From contig OZ316776.1 of assembly GCA_973851085.1 (NCBI GenBank), forward strand, positions 3,224,001 to 3,288,000: 64,000 nucleotides of DNA. Direction: 5' to 3'. The notes below the pieces were generated by a model. It did no database searches, was not told the origin of the DNA, and saw only the letters and a list, made by a program, of their open reading frames with translations. The DNA comes from Ptychomitrium polyphyllum. Lineage: Eukaryota. The translations under genes and the position numbers were made by a program. This document shows positions 14,588 to 26,700 of the stretch, in pieces (position 1 is the first letter of the stretch; each line of letters begins with the position of its first letter).

Positions 14588-15084
14588 TATGCTGTGATCT
14601 CACTTTGAGAAGCCCCGAACCTTTAAACCTAAACCAGTGGAATTTTGAATGCCATAAACCATCATAACTCCCACGTTTGTAGCTTTAAGACCTTCGTTGT
14701 AGGACCGCAAGTATCCTGTAGTAAATGCTACAGTATCTATGAAACTATATTCCGCATGTAGGGATTTCGTGCCAATCTAAAAAGAGATTCAAGACCCTTT
14801 CCTCGAAGGATACCGTCGGCCCACTGTCAACCGAAATGTAGCAAAGCATTCTTCTTTAAGAACCTGTTTGCATTTCCAGACAGAACATGCGACACAATGG
14901 CAAGACTGTCACGAAGCTATCCAGCCTCATAGAAGGATAACAATGGTGCCGCTAGGTCACTGCAATAACTACCACCGGGCAACACTAGCTCCTAAGACGC
15001 GGTTCAGAATCGATGGCATCTTACTAATAATCTTACCACTAAGTCAAAGGGCTGCAGAAGGTCATGTTGGGTACAGTTTATTGG

Positions 15085-18000
15085 TTAATCAACTGGCATT
15101 TCATTGTCTTGAGCAGGTGCCTTCTCATCCACACTAGTCACCTTTGTAGTACTTACAGTTAATGTTGAAGCTGCTGTAACAACAACTTCGACTTTTTGTG
15201 TAGACGCTGGTGAGCTCTTTGTTTGAGTAGAGGCTGAATCATTGTCTTGCACACTAGCCTTGTTTTCTTGGGTTACAGTTCGTGAAGGTGGGTCAGGAGG
15301 CTGGATAACTTGATCTGGATAAGCGGCTTTATATCGTGCACGCAACCCTTCATCCACAAGGCGAACTCCATTTAGCTGATTTCCAAGCGACATCCACCTG
15401 CGTACAAGCACAATACCCATCTTAGCAAACTAGAATGATATGACACAAAGTGCCTAGATGGTATGAAATAATCCTGAACTCCTGCAGGCCTGTTATCTGC
15501 AATCTAGTTCTTATGATAATTGCAATGGAGAAACATATAATCACTCTTAAATCTAGCAGTCTATATGACCTCCTTCATGGCATATGACAAGAAGGCAAAA
15601 AGCGGTGCTTAAGTAATAGTATACACAAGAAACCTAAGATATATGCAACATATATACCCTGCATGTGTGTTGTGCATTCGAGCAAACAACTCCAGCTTTC
15701 GAGTTCTTGGGCTTATTCGCTCCAATAAAGGGTACATCTGCAGGCAGCAGCAGACCTTTCTTAGAACATAATGAAATTGTAGGATTCACATATCAAGTGG
15801 GAGTGAGGAATCAAATATGTATGTCCAAGAATAATCCTTCATAATATCCAAGTATATAAAATTTTCAAATCCAACTTTAGATTTGTAGAGGTACATATCC
15901 ATACAATTCTAAATGTATGCAATATTCTAAATATACAGATAGATATACACATCACATACGGCATCCATCACACTTTAAAACGGATGACTGTTGAAAGAAG
16001 AATTAGTTCAAAGAGCCTATATGAGCCAGAATATAAATAAGTCCATAAGTATTAAGCAAATGCATTCTTCTCAAGGAAGACCAGAACCATACTGTATAAA
16101 ATTTAGGACACTAAGTGCTTAGGTTCTGTATTTAAATCGCCAAAGAAAGCAGAAAATTAACATCGAAGCTATACCTCATCAGGCTTCCGGCTTGTTTCTC
16201 GAACTTCTGCAACAATGACATCTGTGTCAATATTGCGGTTGACATCAGGGTGGCCTTTTATACCCACTAGGCAGTGCTCTTTGCTATGATTTAGCCAATG
16301 ACCTGTTCTCCCTGTTCGGATGATTCGCTGCAGCTGGTTGGTTTTCACCCAGATGATTTCTTCTACCCTCTTATAGCCCCATAACTCCAGGCTGATTGCA
16401 CAATTTACCGAATGGATAATATTAGAAGTGAACGCACAACGTTAAACCCACGGTTATGTTTTAAAGATGCACGAAACAGATTAGGAAGCCTGATATGCAC
16501 AATCCCTTAACGCATGAAGTCAGATTCGATTGATACATGCTCGAAGCATGCCTGCTCTTTCTGATATATACCAGTTCAGTTATAAGAAATGTCTATTAGG
16601 TGAAGAGAATTACCATTCTCGCCCAAGTTCCATAGCACGACCAGTAACCCAAAGGAATATAAGTCCATCTGTTTGCAATGCTGGTACATTCAAGTTACGC
16701 ATCTCATCGTCAGCCATAGTCCCATACGGTAACTCCATATGAATGTCCCATGGAGGGTCTGCCATAATAACTCCAAACTGTCCCAATACATCCATCTTGA
16801 AATTACGTATATCACATTGTACCCACTGAGGCTCCCCAAGTTCTGCATCTGAGCAATACTCTGCACGCTGAGGTCTGGATCCTGGCCTCTGATTAGGTGG
16901 TATGCCCGGAGTCATCATCAGATCTGGAACATCAGGAATGGGATCCAACTCATAGTGCACATACTTACATGTCTGCATCCATCAAACACATTTTGTATAA
17001 GAATCACAAGGCCATTATTAAGAGAGATAGACAAAACAGTACGCAACTTTATAGGTCAAGAGTAAATTGAATAGGAAATACATAAACTTAACAGGCTCTG
17101 GTGGCACCCAGAGTTAGCAGTCCAACCTCCGCCTACACTTCATCGACCTTTAGCACAAGGTGAAAAGGAGAAAACGAGAAAAATCGGTCAAGGAGATGGC
17201 CCAGTAAAGCAAGAAGGCGCACCTTCATGTGACGGCAAGTGTCCAGAAATGAGCAGTCTCCAAGATTTGAATCCGTGTGTGGAGCAATAATGCGGCGAAA
17301 ATGCATCTGATTTGGGATTTCACATGATGAATAAACATATAAGAAAAACACGAGTTCATAGATAACATGATAAAAAAATGATGTCCCTCACTGCTACATG
17401 TACCTTATTCAGCGGTACCTCAACAAGGGGCTAAACTTGGCCAGCTCTTACACAAACTCAGTGGTACAAATGCAGATGAGAAATGATACATACATACAGA
17501 ACTTCCAATTAATCACAAAAGCACTACTTCTGGAGTCAAAGTTTAGCTGACTTGTTACCTATCCATCATAGAAAAGGGTAAGTAGTGAATCCAGAGATTT
17601 ACATGTTCTTAAGAGGCAATTGGTAACTAACCAATAAACTCACACTAGGAAGTAGAGAAAAGCTATTGCGAATTTTCACCTTCTCACAAGCAATGAAATG
17701 GTTGCGTTGATGTCGACAGTCCTCCTTTGTGAGGGCTACACAGTACTCCTTCAACGCAGAACCCCCCTTTGTCTTGAACTGTTTAAACGACCAAGATCCA
17801 AAATACTCGGATATAAGCAGGCATGTAAAATGATACAATAAAATCAAGCACCCCCACTAGGCCTGCACACCGTCTTAAAATCCATCAATCCAAATAAAAT
17901 AAAATCAATTTCATGCCTGAGTTATTGGACAGCACTAACCTTCGCAGCATTTGCTGTTTCTTTCGCAGTAGGGCGATGCAATAGCTCTAAGAGCTCCTCA

Positions 18001-20153
18001 GCTGTCTTGAACTGCTGTTGCTCCTTGAATGACTTCTTATGTAATAATGCATCAATGTCCTCCTCTTCTGCGGGACCTCGACCCTTCCCACCCATGCCAC
18101 CATGGAGGCCCGGTCCATGCGGGGGCCTTGGAAAGGGTCCACCAAAACCACCCCCAAGCCCTGGACCTCCTCCAGGCATACCCAGCATGCCCATACCCCG
18201 AGGTCCGTTTCGTGGAACCATGAGAGGGGGGCCTCCTCCACTTGGAAACATGGGGCCACCAGGAGGAGGGCCTCCTTGATGATGATCCCACACATCAGGC
18301 CTTGTAGGCAGACCATAAGGTGCTCCATTTGGCTCCATCACGCCTCTATGGTGGTGCTCTCCACCCATTCGTGGAGGTGGAGGCAAGCAACCGCCAGGAA
18401 GCTCCTTCATCAACCGTCCTCTATCAAAGTTCAGAACCAAAACGTGCAGTCCTCCATACCTATAGTCCTCTATCTCCTCAATCTGTAGACCTCCCGCCTC
18501 TGTCATTGCCCGCAGGGCGTAATCCACAGCAGTAATACCACCTGCCTCCCCACCACCTCCCACTTCATGTAATGCATCCATCTCAATAGGATTCATTTCT
18601 TTGGCAAGCATTCGGTGGTGGATGTTCACAGAATCTATGGGCAAAGCTGTCGTGTGTGACAGCAAGCATCCAGCAACCATCGCCTTCACAACTCCTAGTG
18701 CATTCATAGGCCCAGCTCCCCGGCCACCGTCCCAACCACCACCCCCCCAACTGTCAGCCCCCCATCCCTCACCCACAGACCCATCACCTCCACCACCTCC
18801 ACCACCTCCACCACCTCCACCACCTCCACCCCAAGAGTCTCCTGGCAATCTTGGTCCGCCCATGTCCACATCCACGTTCGCCTTAAATGGAGCACCAAGA
18901 ATACCCCTTTGCTCAACAGAGCCATTAGACAATCCTGAAAAGCTCGGTCCATGACCCGTATACCTAGAACCTGTTGCAGGTTCTCTATGATCTCCAGCAC
19001 TAAATGTATGAACACTATCAGATCTTTTCTGAAGATCCTCCCGATTCTCAATTGTCTTATTCTTTTTTATCTCCAGTCCGCCAAACGCCGACGCAACCTG
19101 CATTACCAAGGATATGATCAACTTCAGTTTCAAAGCAATAATATAAGACAACACTCACTCCCGTCAAAGATTTCACAGGCATGTGTCAACAGCACTAGAA
19201 GCGAGAGGACATATGCGAAAAGTGATATCCCCTTCTCAATAAAAGAAAAGGGAGACAATGAGGCAATTTTTGAGCGAGTGCCTTAGCTCAGTAAGTTCAA
19301 ATAACGGGATGTTTCTGGGACCGTTCTTTTGCAAAGTTTCAACTGCTTCAGGATTAAATTGAAGAAAGTCCACAGCTTCTCTAGGGATTTTCTCAAGTTA
19401 TGCCACTTCTTCAAAGACTAGCTGTTGTACACAACGTCTCTAATCCTGAGGCTAAAATTGTTGTGAACAAAAAGCAAAGCATCATCTCTGTCTGCTTCCA
19501 AGGGTAGACCAAAGGAAGTAATTTAGCACTTTCTTTGTTATACAGTATCCCAGACTGAGGATAAGCTCGCACAGCCTCCAGTTTACCTGTCCTAAACCTA
19601 GATGTTTCAAAATCCTCAGTTACAGCACATTCAAACATACAAGGGCAATAAGTAAGAAAATTCCAACTTCGCTTTTGCGAACGTCATCCTCAATTAAGAA
19701 ATGTCGACTAAAACCATTTAGTTCAAGGAATCTTCCTGAACCTTGGACACTACACTACAGGTCTCCATCAGATATCAGAGAAAATTAACCAGAAAACCCA
19801 CAACATAACATCCGAGAAAACCGTCACCACATCAATAAGAAGCACATTCACCATCGCCAATAAAAAACCTAAGAAATCCGACTCATACCCTAAACCCCGC
19901 AACAGCTCAACTGGTCTCACTACCACAGCACAACTGACACAAAAACAGCAGCAGGAAGCCAAGGAAGTCGATCAGTCACCTTAAGCGAAAGCTCGACTGC
20001 AGCCTCGAGATCCGGCACTGTGACAGCCAAGCTCCGCGACTGCTCCAGTCCAATTCGCCGCAGGTGTTCCACTCTGCCTTGGACCTGGCGCAGCTGCTCC
20101 CGCAGCGCCACAATCTCGTCCTCCCCATTCTCCATCGCCACCGGCACGTCCAT
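15085..20153 (-). CDS. MTA: mRNA N6-adenosine methyltransferase catalytic subunit (MT-A70, METTL3 orthologue)
   Basis: Exons 20153-19980, 19097-17940, 17778-17680, 17306-17223, 16972-16614, 16391-16175, 15737-15658, 15397-15085 join in frame. CCCH-type zinc fingers ([33 protein letters not shown]), catalytic [43 protein letters not shown]. Confidence 0.97.
18781..18830. repeat. (CCACCTCCA)n coding repeat giving a poly-Gly tract in MTA
   Basis: 9-bp periodic repeat translating to ~15 consecutive Gly on the minus strand. Confidence 0.9.
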
Positions 20154-21978
20154 GGCTCCACCTCCTCTACCCTAACCCTAATCCTCACATCCTCCTCAAA
20201 GCTCGCCCCAAGACACCCTCCTCCCGCGCTTCTCTCTCCCACATTCTTTGCAGCCCCGCATTCCCTCAACTGATTGCATTCTCCGCATGAAGTTCCTGAA
20301 ACAGTCGTCCTCTCATCGCCAAAACCAAAACCCAATTCCTATCTCCAGGCCAATTCTGAAAACAATTCGTCCCAAGTCAATACCCGTGACGTGACGGTTT
20401 TTCGATTACGAGGAAATAACAAAGTCCGAGCTTTTCGATTCCCTGCATCCCTGTTCACATACTCGCACGTGGGTTGATCGATTGCCTCTCACCGACCTGT
20501 CTAAGAGGGAAAAAAGGTTATCTGTATGCACCTCGGATTGACCATCTGATGCAGGAATGGTTTGTGATGCGGATCGAAGTAGAATATTCACGTCAGAACC
20601 ATTCTGCCAGGAAAACATTTCTTCTACTCCGAAGGAGATAACTCTTCCGTATCCATGAAGCGATGTGATGGTCTTCACCGCCAATGCAAAGCTACATGTT
20701 GATCGATCCGAAGAGCATGTGTGTTGTGAGAAAGAATTTCTGCACATGTACATCGGTCCACAAAGGAGTCTCTGTCTGAAGGAGTTTGCTGCGTCCACCT
20801 TGAGAGTGATAACCAGATGAAACTCGTATGATACTGGTGTGATACGCTATTTATACCGATGTGGAACTGTTCCTGTTTGGTACATATGCAGGTATCACGA
20901 GGTTAGGGACAAGAATAGGGAGTCGATCAGTGCTAAAGGATCATACCAAGAACCGTTACTGTACGCGAAACTGACATCATTTACCGACAACACACATTTC
21001 TCTTCATGAAACCTACAACATTCCTAAAAGTGTGGAACAAAATATTCCACACCAGTCTGGTCATGCACGAGCTTCACCAAGAATAGTCCTCTTCAGCACT
21101 CATCAGAATGATCCTCTTTTCAATGGCTTTCACTCCCTCGTAGTTAAAGTGCTGTTTTGAAAGGGCCGCCTCTACACTAGTGAGGGACTTTCTTGCTTAT
21201 TAGACATTGCAAGAATTGTTGATTTTGGGCGTGAGGTGCTTGTTATTGCTGCGTCCATTGCTAATAACAGATGTGTACAGCATCGGGAGTGGCTTGTGTA
21301 GATAGTGGATTAAAGGAACATTGCCGTTCACTCCGTCTCTCCCACTGTCACATGTTGGTAGGAGATGAGCGATGAACTTGCAGAGTTGATCGAACTACGG
21401 TACTAGGCTAACATCTGGTGTTAGTCCAAATACCTAATTTTTGAACTAACACCAGCTGAGAAGAATACCCTAAGTATGAACTCGTTATGGGCCTGCAGAA
21501 GTTTAAGTCTGGACAACAAACGTGCATCAAGACGCCCGGCATAAAATGAAAAGGAAGTGTAGAAGAAGCAGAGGAATTAGAGACCCGAATCAACAAAGCC
21601 TTGCACCGGAGAGAACCACAATCGATATATTTCTACCTGAGAAAACGTCACTGCCCAAGAGAAACAGAGGCAGAACTAACAGTGAAGATTCAATCAACAA
21701 ACTGCCCTTCTAGATCACTTCTTCTAATCAAATCAATATTCAAATCAAATAAATTTATATAAATTCCCTGATAGCAAAGGCAGTCAGATAATAACCTTCA
21801 CACACTCGATCATCTGCGGCAAATCATTAAACCCTTAGTTAACAAAAAAGAACATTAAATCAAGATTTGCGATTACCGGAACTGTACAGATTGACTCCCC
21901 TGACTACATACTCGGCACTTACAGAAAATCCTTCGAACTACATATACCTCGCCATCCATACTGTATGATTACGTGCTC

Positions 21979-22030
21979 GTCGTTAACACAAATGAACCGT
22001 CATTGTCGTTAACACAAATGAACCGTCATT
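21979..22030. repeat. 26-bp perfect tandem duplication
   Basis: GTCGTTAACACAAATGAACCGTCATT twice, adjacent. Confidence 0.9.
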
Positions 22031-22492
22031 CAATTCCTGTCATTACCAGACTGCCAAGTTACACTTGCTCCACAGACGAGACTGCAACAAGTATTGACGT
22101 TATTGAAGGAGGGTCAAAATTGACCAGGAAATTAAGGGCCTAAGTGGAGATCATCACGTCTCCAAGTCTGTGGTCCTTCAAGAATCTGACCTGATTTTAT
22201 CACGATTACTTCTAACTCCGATAGTGTACACTCAAGCAGGATTACATCACCAACTAAATTACAATACTAACGCTGCAGTGGAGAATCTGGTGATTGTTCT
22301 TGGTCCTGAATCCCGACAATTGAACTTGGGAAGGTAATTGTTGTTCTACTCTTGTCACCGATTCCACTACAATCAACGCAAAATAGAAGTCTCACAGCTG
22401 GAAACAATGGCACAATCATCTCGGTAGCTACGTATTGTGACTCGCTCAAAAGGTACTCACCATGTCCACTGCAGTCCTGCTGGAGGAATCTA

Positions 22493-23749
22493 TCATTCTT
22501 TGGAGTAGGCCCGCCTGCAAATGGTCTCCGCAGACGGCGAATTCCACACGTTCCACTGCATTTGAAAATCCTCCACCTTCCGGATGCACTGCCGCAACGG
22601 CCTATCAGTAAAGTCTGGAATCTTCTCCCCATTCATGTCCCTCTCATAAATCTCCCAAGCAATCTGCCGCCAGTTCGACGGCCACGGCTGCTCCGCATTA
22701 CACACCGTCACCTTGCTCGCCATCACGCCAGGCCAGTCCCAATTCCGCATGCAGTTGTCCACAATCTCCCTGCTATACGTTGCATTGGCCTCGCGGTCAC
22801 ACGGTCTGCAGTAGGTCCCGCTCATGGGCCCCTCCCCCGCCATGGACAGCATGAGCAGCCCATACGGCGGGGGTGGGAACGCCTCCCGCCGCAGCGTCAT
22901 CACACAGAACGGGATCTGAATTCGCTGATACCCAACATTCAGAAGCTCGAACTGCGCCTTGTAGGCCGACTCCGAGTTCAATAAGCGCCACCCGTGCTTG
23001 TGCATCGCCGGCAACATGCTCAACCGTGCGTTCGCAGCGCGGCTCGTGTGGGGATTCCCCATGCCAAACCTGTCATTCAACCCGCCAAAATCGTTCCCCG
23101 CTGCAACATAGTAGTACTTGGAATCCAAGGCTTCAATATGTGGCAATGGCCCGTTCCAGTACCCGTCCACACGCGTGCGGATGATCCAGTCGTAGCGAAA
23201 CTTGTGCAGGACTTCGTATTTTCGAACCATCCCGTAGCACCCTTCCACGAGGTTGAAGTACTGCAGCAGCCCCTGCATTCCGTGTGGAGAGCCCCACGAG
23301 GTGATAACCTCGGCGGTGAGGGGCGTTTCTGGGAGGGGTTTCGGGGTGAAGATGCGCGCCACTCGGAGGTTGCGGCCAGCGAGGAGGGTAAGCTTGTGGC
23401 TGTCTTGATCGAGCGGGGAATGTAAGAACACGTCTGTATTGTTGTAGACATCCAGGAGGTGCCTGCGGAGCGTTCGGCCCGTGAGCTCAAACATGCGGGC
23501 GCCGCCCACGAGGCAAACGGCGATGCGGCGGGTGTCGTTGTAGAGCGGCGTGAACTCTTTCTTACCAGAAGGAGCTGAAGGCTCAATGGTTTCCGGTAGA
23601 AAATACTCCACGGCGCACCCGACTTGGGTACAATTCTCAGGGACGAGAAACTCGTAGTAGAAGTAGGTCAGGATGAAGGCCACCAGGAGCGTCCATGGCA
23701 GCCAGAAACGCAGGCGGAAGTCCCTGTCCTTGCCCTTGCAGCACGCCAT
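22493..23749 (-). CDS. Conserved uncharacterised plant type II membrane protein (glycosyltransferase-like luminal domain), intronless CDS
   Basis: 418-aa ORF, GC-rich. N-terminal TM (FWLPWTLLVAFILTYFYY), then motifs recalled from a plant family: RIAVCLVGGAR.FELTG, GLLQYFNLVEGC, YDWIIRTRVDGYW, FGGLNDRFG, LNSESAYKAQ. Confidence 0.85.
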   Translation of the reverse strand: MACCKGKDRDFRLRFWLPWTLLVAFILTYFYYEFLVPENCTQVGCAVEYFLPETIEPSAPSGKKEFTPLYNDTRRIAVCLVGGARMFELTGRTLRRHLLDVYNNTDVFLHSPLDQDSHKLTLLAGRNLRVARIFTPKPLPETPLTAEVITSWGSPHGMQGLLQYFNLVEGCYGMVRKYEVLHKFRYDWIIRTRVDGYWNGPLPHIEALDSKYYYVAAGNDFGGLNDRFGMGNPHTSRAANARLSMLPAMHKHGWRLLNSESAYKAQFELLNVGYQRIQIPFCVMTLRREAFPPPPYGLLMLSMAGEGPMSGTYCRPCDREANATYSREIVDNCMRNWDWPGVMASKVTVCNAEQPWPSNWRQIAWEIYERDMNGEKIPDFTDRPLRQCIRKVEDFQMQWNVWNSPSAETICRRAYSKE

Positions 23750-26700
23750 TGCTGGTTATGCCCCGCTCCGCATTCTTCCACCTGGACAATGGGCTGCAGA
23801 TCGGATTCAGAAAGCCATCACCAAGAGATTCAACAACATGAAAGCAGACGGAACACAATGCAGATCGGAATGTCAAGATTGCCGCTTCTTCGCCTTAAGA
23901 GTAGTGGGTCATAAATATGGAAAACGACTTTTTCGATTCCACACTAAGAATGGGCTTCTCTCCCACAGTCCCACAAATGCGAAAGTCTACAGAAGACCAT
24001 CTAACGATGGTTACCTTCTGCAACACCCGGATTAGGGCAAATGAGTTTGATCACCAAGGGCACTCTGAAAGCAACGGAGATTAACCTAGCGCGGGAGAAC
24101 AATACGCGGTGCCTGAACGAGATCCAACCAGAATAATTAAGATCTGGTCTACGTTCACGAAACCCCTGCCCGCGTATTCACAATGCTCACTTCCGCTCCG
24201 AATCAGAAAAACACCAGATCCGAGCGAAACCGAGACTCAATGTGAGCTCGCGCACCCAACGAAAACAAACGCAAACCTCGAGTCCAACCCAGAAACTCCC
24301 AGTTCGTTCTATAACCACACACTCCCACACACCCTGCACTCCATCACGCAACATAGCCTCACATCACCGCACCCAAAGTTAGAGAAGAGTACAACCAGCA
24401 AGCCCTCACATCGCGCACCACCACCAGATTCTCTCACATGAGCATCACATACTACCATAGCTGCGACGTGAAGCACATCGCTACACCACCATCACACAAT
24501 CATAGCACAGCCATCACAGTCGCCATGACTGCAGTCCGAAATGCTGCCAGATTCACTGCAAACCCAACCACCAGTCCCAAGTGCCCATCCACAAGCGCCA
24601 TAACCTGGATCGATCACCCGCCTCCTAGACAAGTATAAAACTGAAGTCAAAGGCCTAACCTTCAAGTCCACCTACAGTGACTGGATATGTACGAAGCTTG
24701 ACTGCACCACCGTGCATGCGACGAAGTTCACTGGTTGACGGCGTCTCTTTCTTCCTGTCTTGCTTCCTTGGTTGCAGTCAAGCTACAAACACTGAGTTTA
24801 GGTAGCATTTTTGTAACGTTTTTGTAGCACCACACATGCAGGCTCATTGGAGAACACAGTTACGGTTCTTCAGTGCCTGCTTGCCGGAGTGTTTTTGTGG
24901 AGATGCTACAACAAATCATTAGGATGCCATTGGGTTCACGTTGACCCAGCAACTGAGGATCTGGATTTCTGGTCTGATGATGGTGTGTGTACCTTGTTGA
25001 TTTTCAAGTGGGGGTTTTCATGTGGAAAGTTTTGATAAGATGAGGTATTGTTGGTGTCTTGTTTTCGTAGGGGAAGATATGCAGTTTGTGTAATGGTTTT
25101 TGTTGAGATGATATTTATGGTTGTACATTTTTATTGTTGCTTTGAAGAAAAGGTAATGTTTCTTTTATATTTGGTATGAACCTAAGTTGAGTTTTTTAGT
25201 GTCTGGATGTTTGCTAGGCATGGATGGTCCACTAGTGTATAGATTGTTGGATGAACGAATTTATGGATTTGAAAGCATTTGAATGGAAAAAGGAGATGGA
25301 GAAGTAGATTTGGACGGTTTTGGATAGAAAGACAAATAAACCATGATAAACATGGATGGAAATTGGTTGTAAACAATGAACAATTTGAAAACACCAAAAT
25401 AAACATTTTTGTTTGATTTCAAACTAATGTTTGATTATAAAAGGCCATATTCCATTTGTATACAAAAAATTACAATAATTATGACTAAAATATTACTATT
25501 TGAACACTCATTGAATCACTCTTACTTGCACCTTAGTTTCTGAGTACTATTGCCTTGTACTTTTATACCAATAGTCTCATTTGGATTTATGCTTAAATTC
25601 AATTCTACACAAGTATCTTTAAGTGTGTTTTATTGGATAAATCATTAGAAGAGGCTACATTTGCTTCTATTTCTTTTCAATCATTGCATCTAATTGATCT
25701 TATGAGCCTTTTCTTTGTAAGATTTATAAAACCTATATTATCTAATAAGAGTCTTATTCCTTCAAAGCATGCTATTTTGCAAATTAAAGTGCTTGAATGA
25801 TTTTCCTTGCTTGAATGTAAAAATTTCCATACCATCTACCAACTGTCAATTGTAAAGGCAAATCCATATTGGCTTAGGAGGTAGCAACAATAGTGGAGTT
25901 AATTTTCTTCTTCATACTTGAGGAAATTATGTCATAGTAGCTTTTATAATGCCATGATTAGCCATTGGAAATTGTAATGTCTTAAACAAAGGTTGCAGTT
26001 AGGATCTAACATATGTTTGAATAACACAATATTTGTAAAACATCACATTTCATATGAAAATGTCGTAAATGATGTTTACACAAAATATCACTTATGGCCA
26101 ACTTAAAAAACATTCTTTATAGAAAAGCCTAGGAGTAAATTGATGATTCATTCATTAAAAACAAGAAAAAAATATTATATACAAATATGGCATTTTTATA
26201 AACACAATGTTAAATGGCATCTTCTACAAATTAAATTTGATGTATAATATTCAATGCACAAGTGAATAATAACATAATGTTATTATAAAGGTTAAATTGT
26301 ATGTGATTCAAACATGGTAAAAGCATATGTGATTCTAGTGACATCAACACAATACTAAATTCTAATGAGGATCTTGTTCAAACTTTCACTTGAAGATAAA
26401 CTATTTGTCAAATAAATTTTTTTTCTCTAGAAATTGGCTGAAATTGGCAAATCTTACTTCAAAACATTCTTAAGAGGTGAATTCAATAAAGAACCAAGGT
26501 TGCTATGCGTTCCTCTTTAAAATATTTAAACAAGATATTTATTAAGTCTAGACTTTTTAAGAAATTTTGAAGTACGAAATTTAAGAAGAAACACCCATTC
26601 CAAAAAGGAGCTGAAGTTCCAAATCTTGAGCACCATCATTGTTAGCTGAATGACAATGATAGCCAAAATTTGAAACCATCGCTCCATTGGGATGGAGGCA

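Noticed and set aside
22352..23914. Long + strand ORFs antisense to the 418-aa gene (likewise opposite DUS2, MTA, TolB-like and COR413IM)
   Set aside because: Shadow ORFs expected opposite GC-rich coding sequence; no recognisable motifs.
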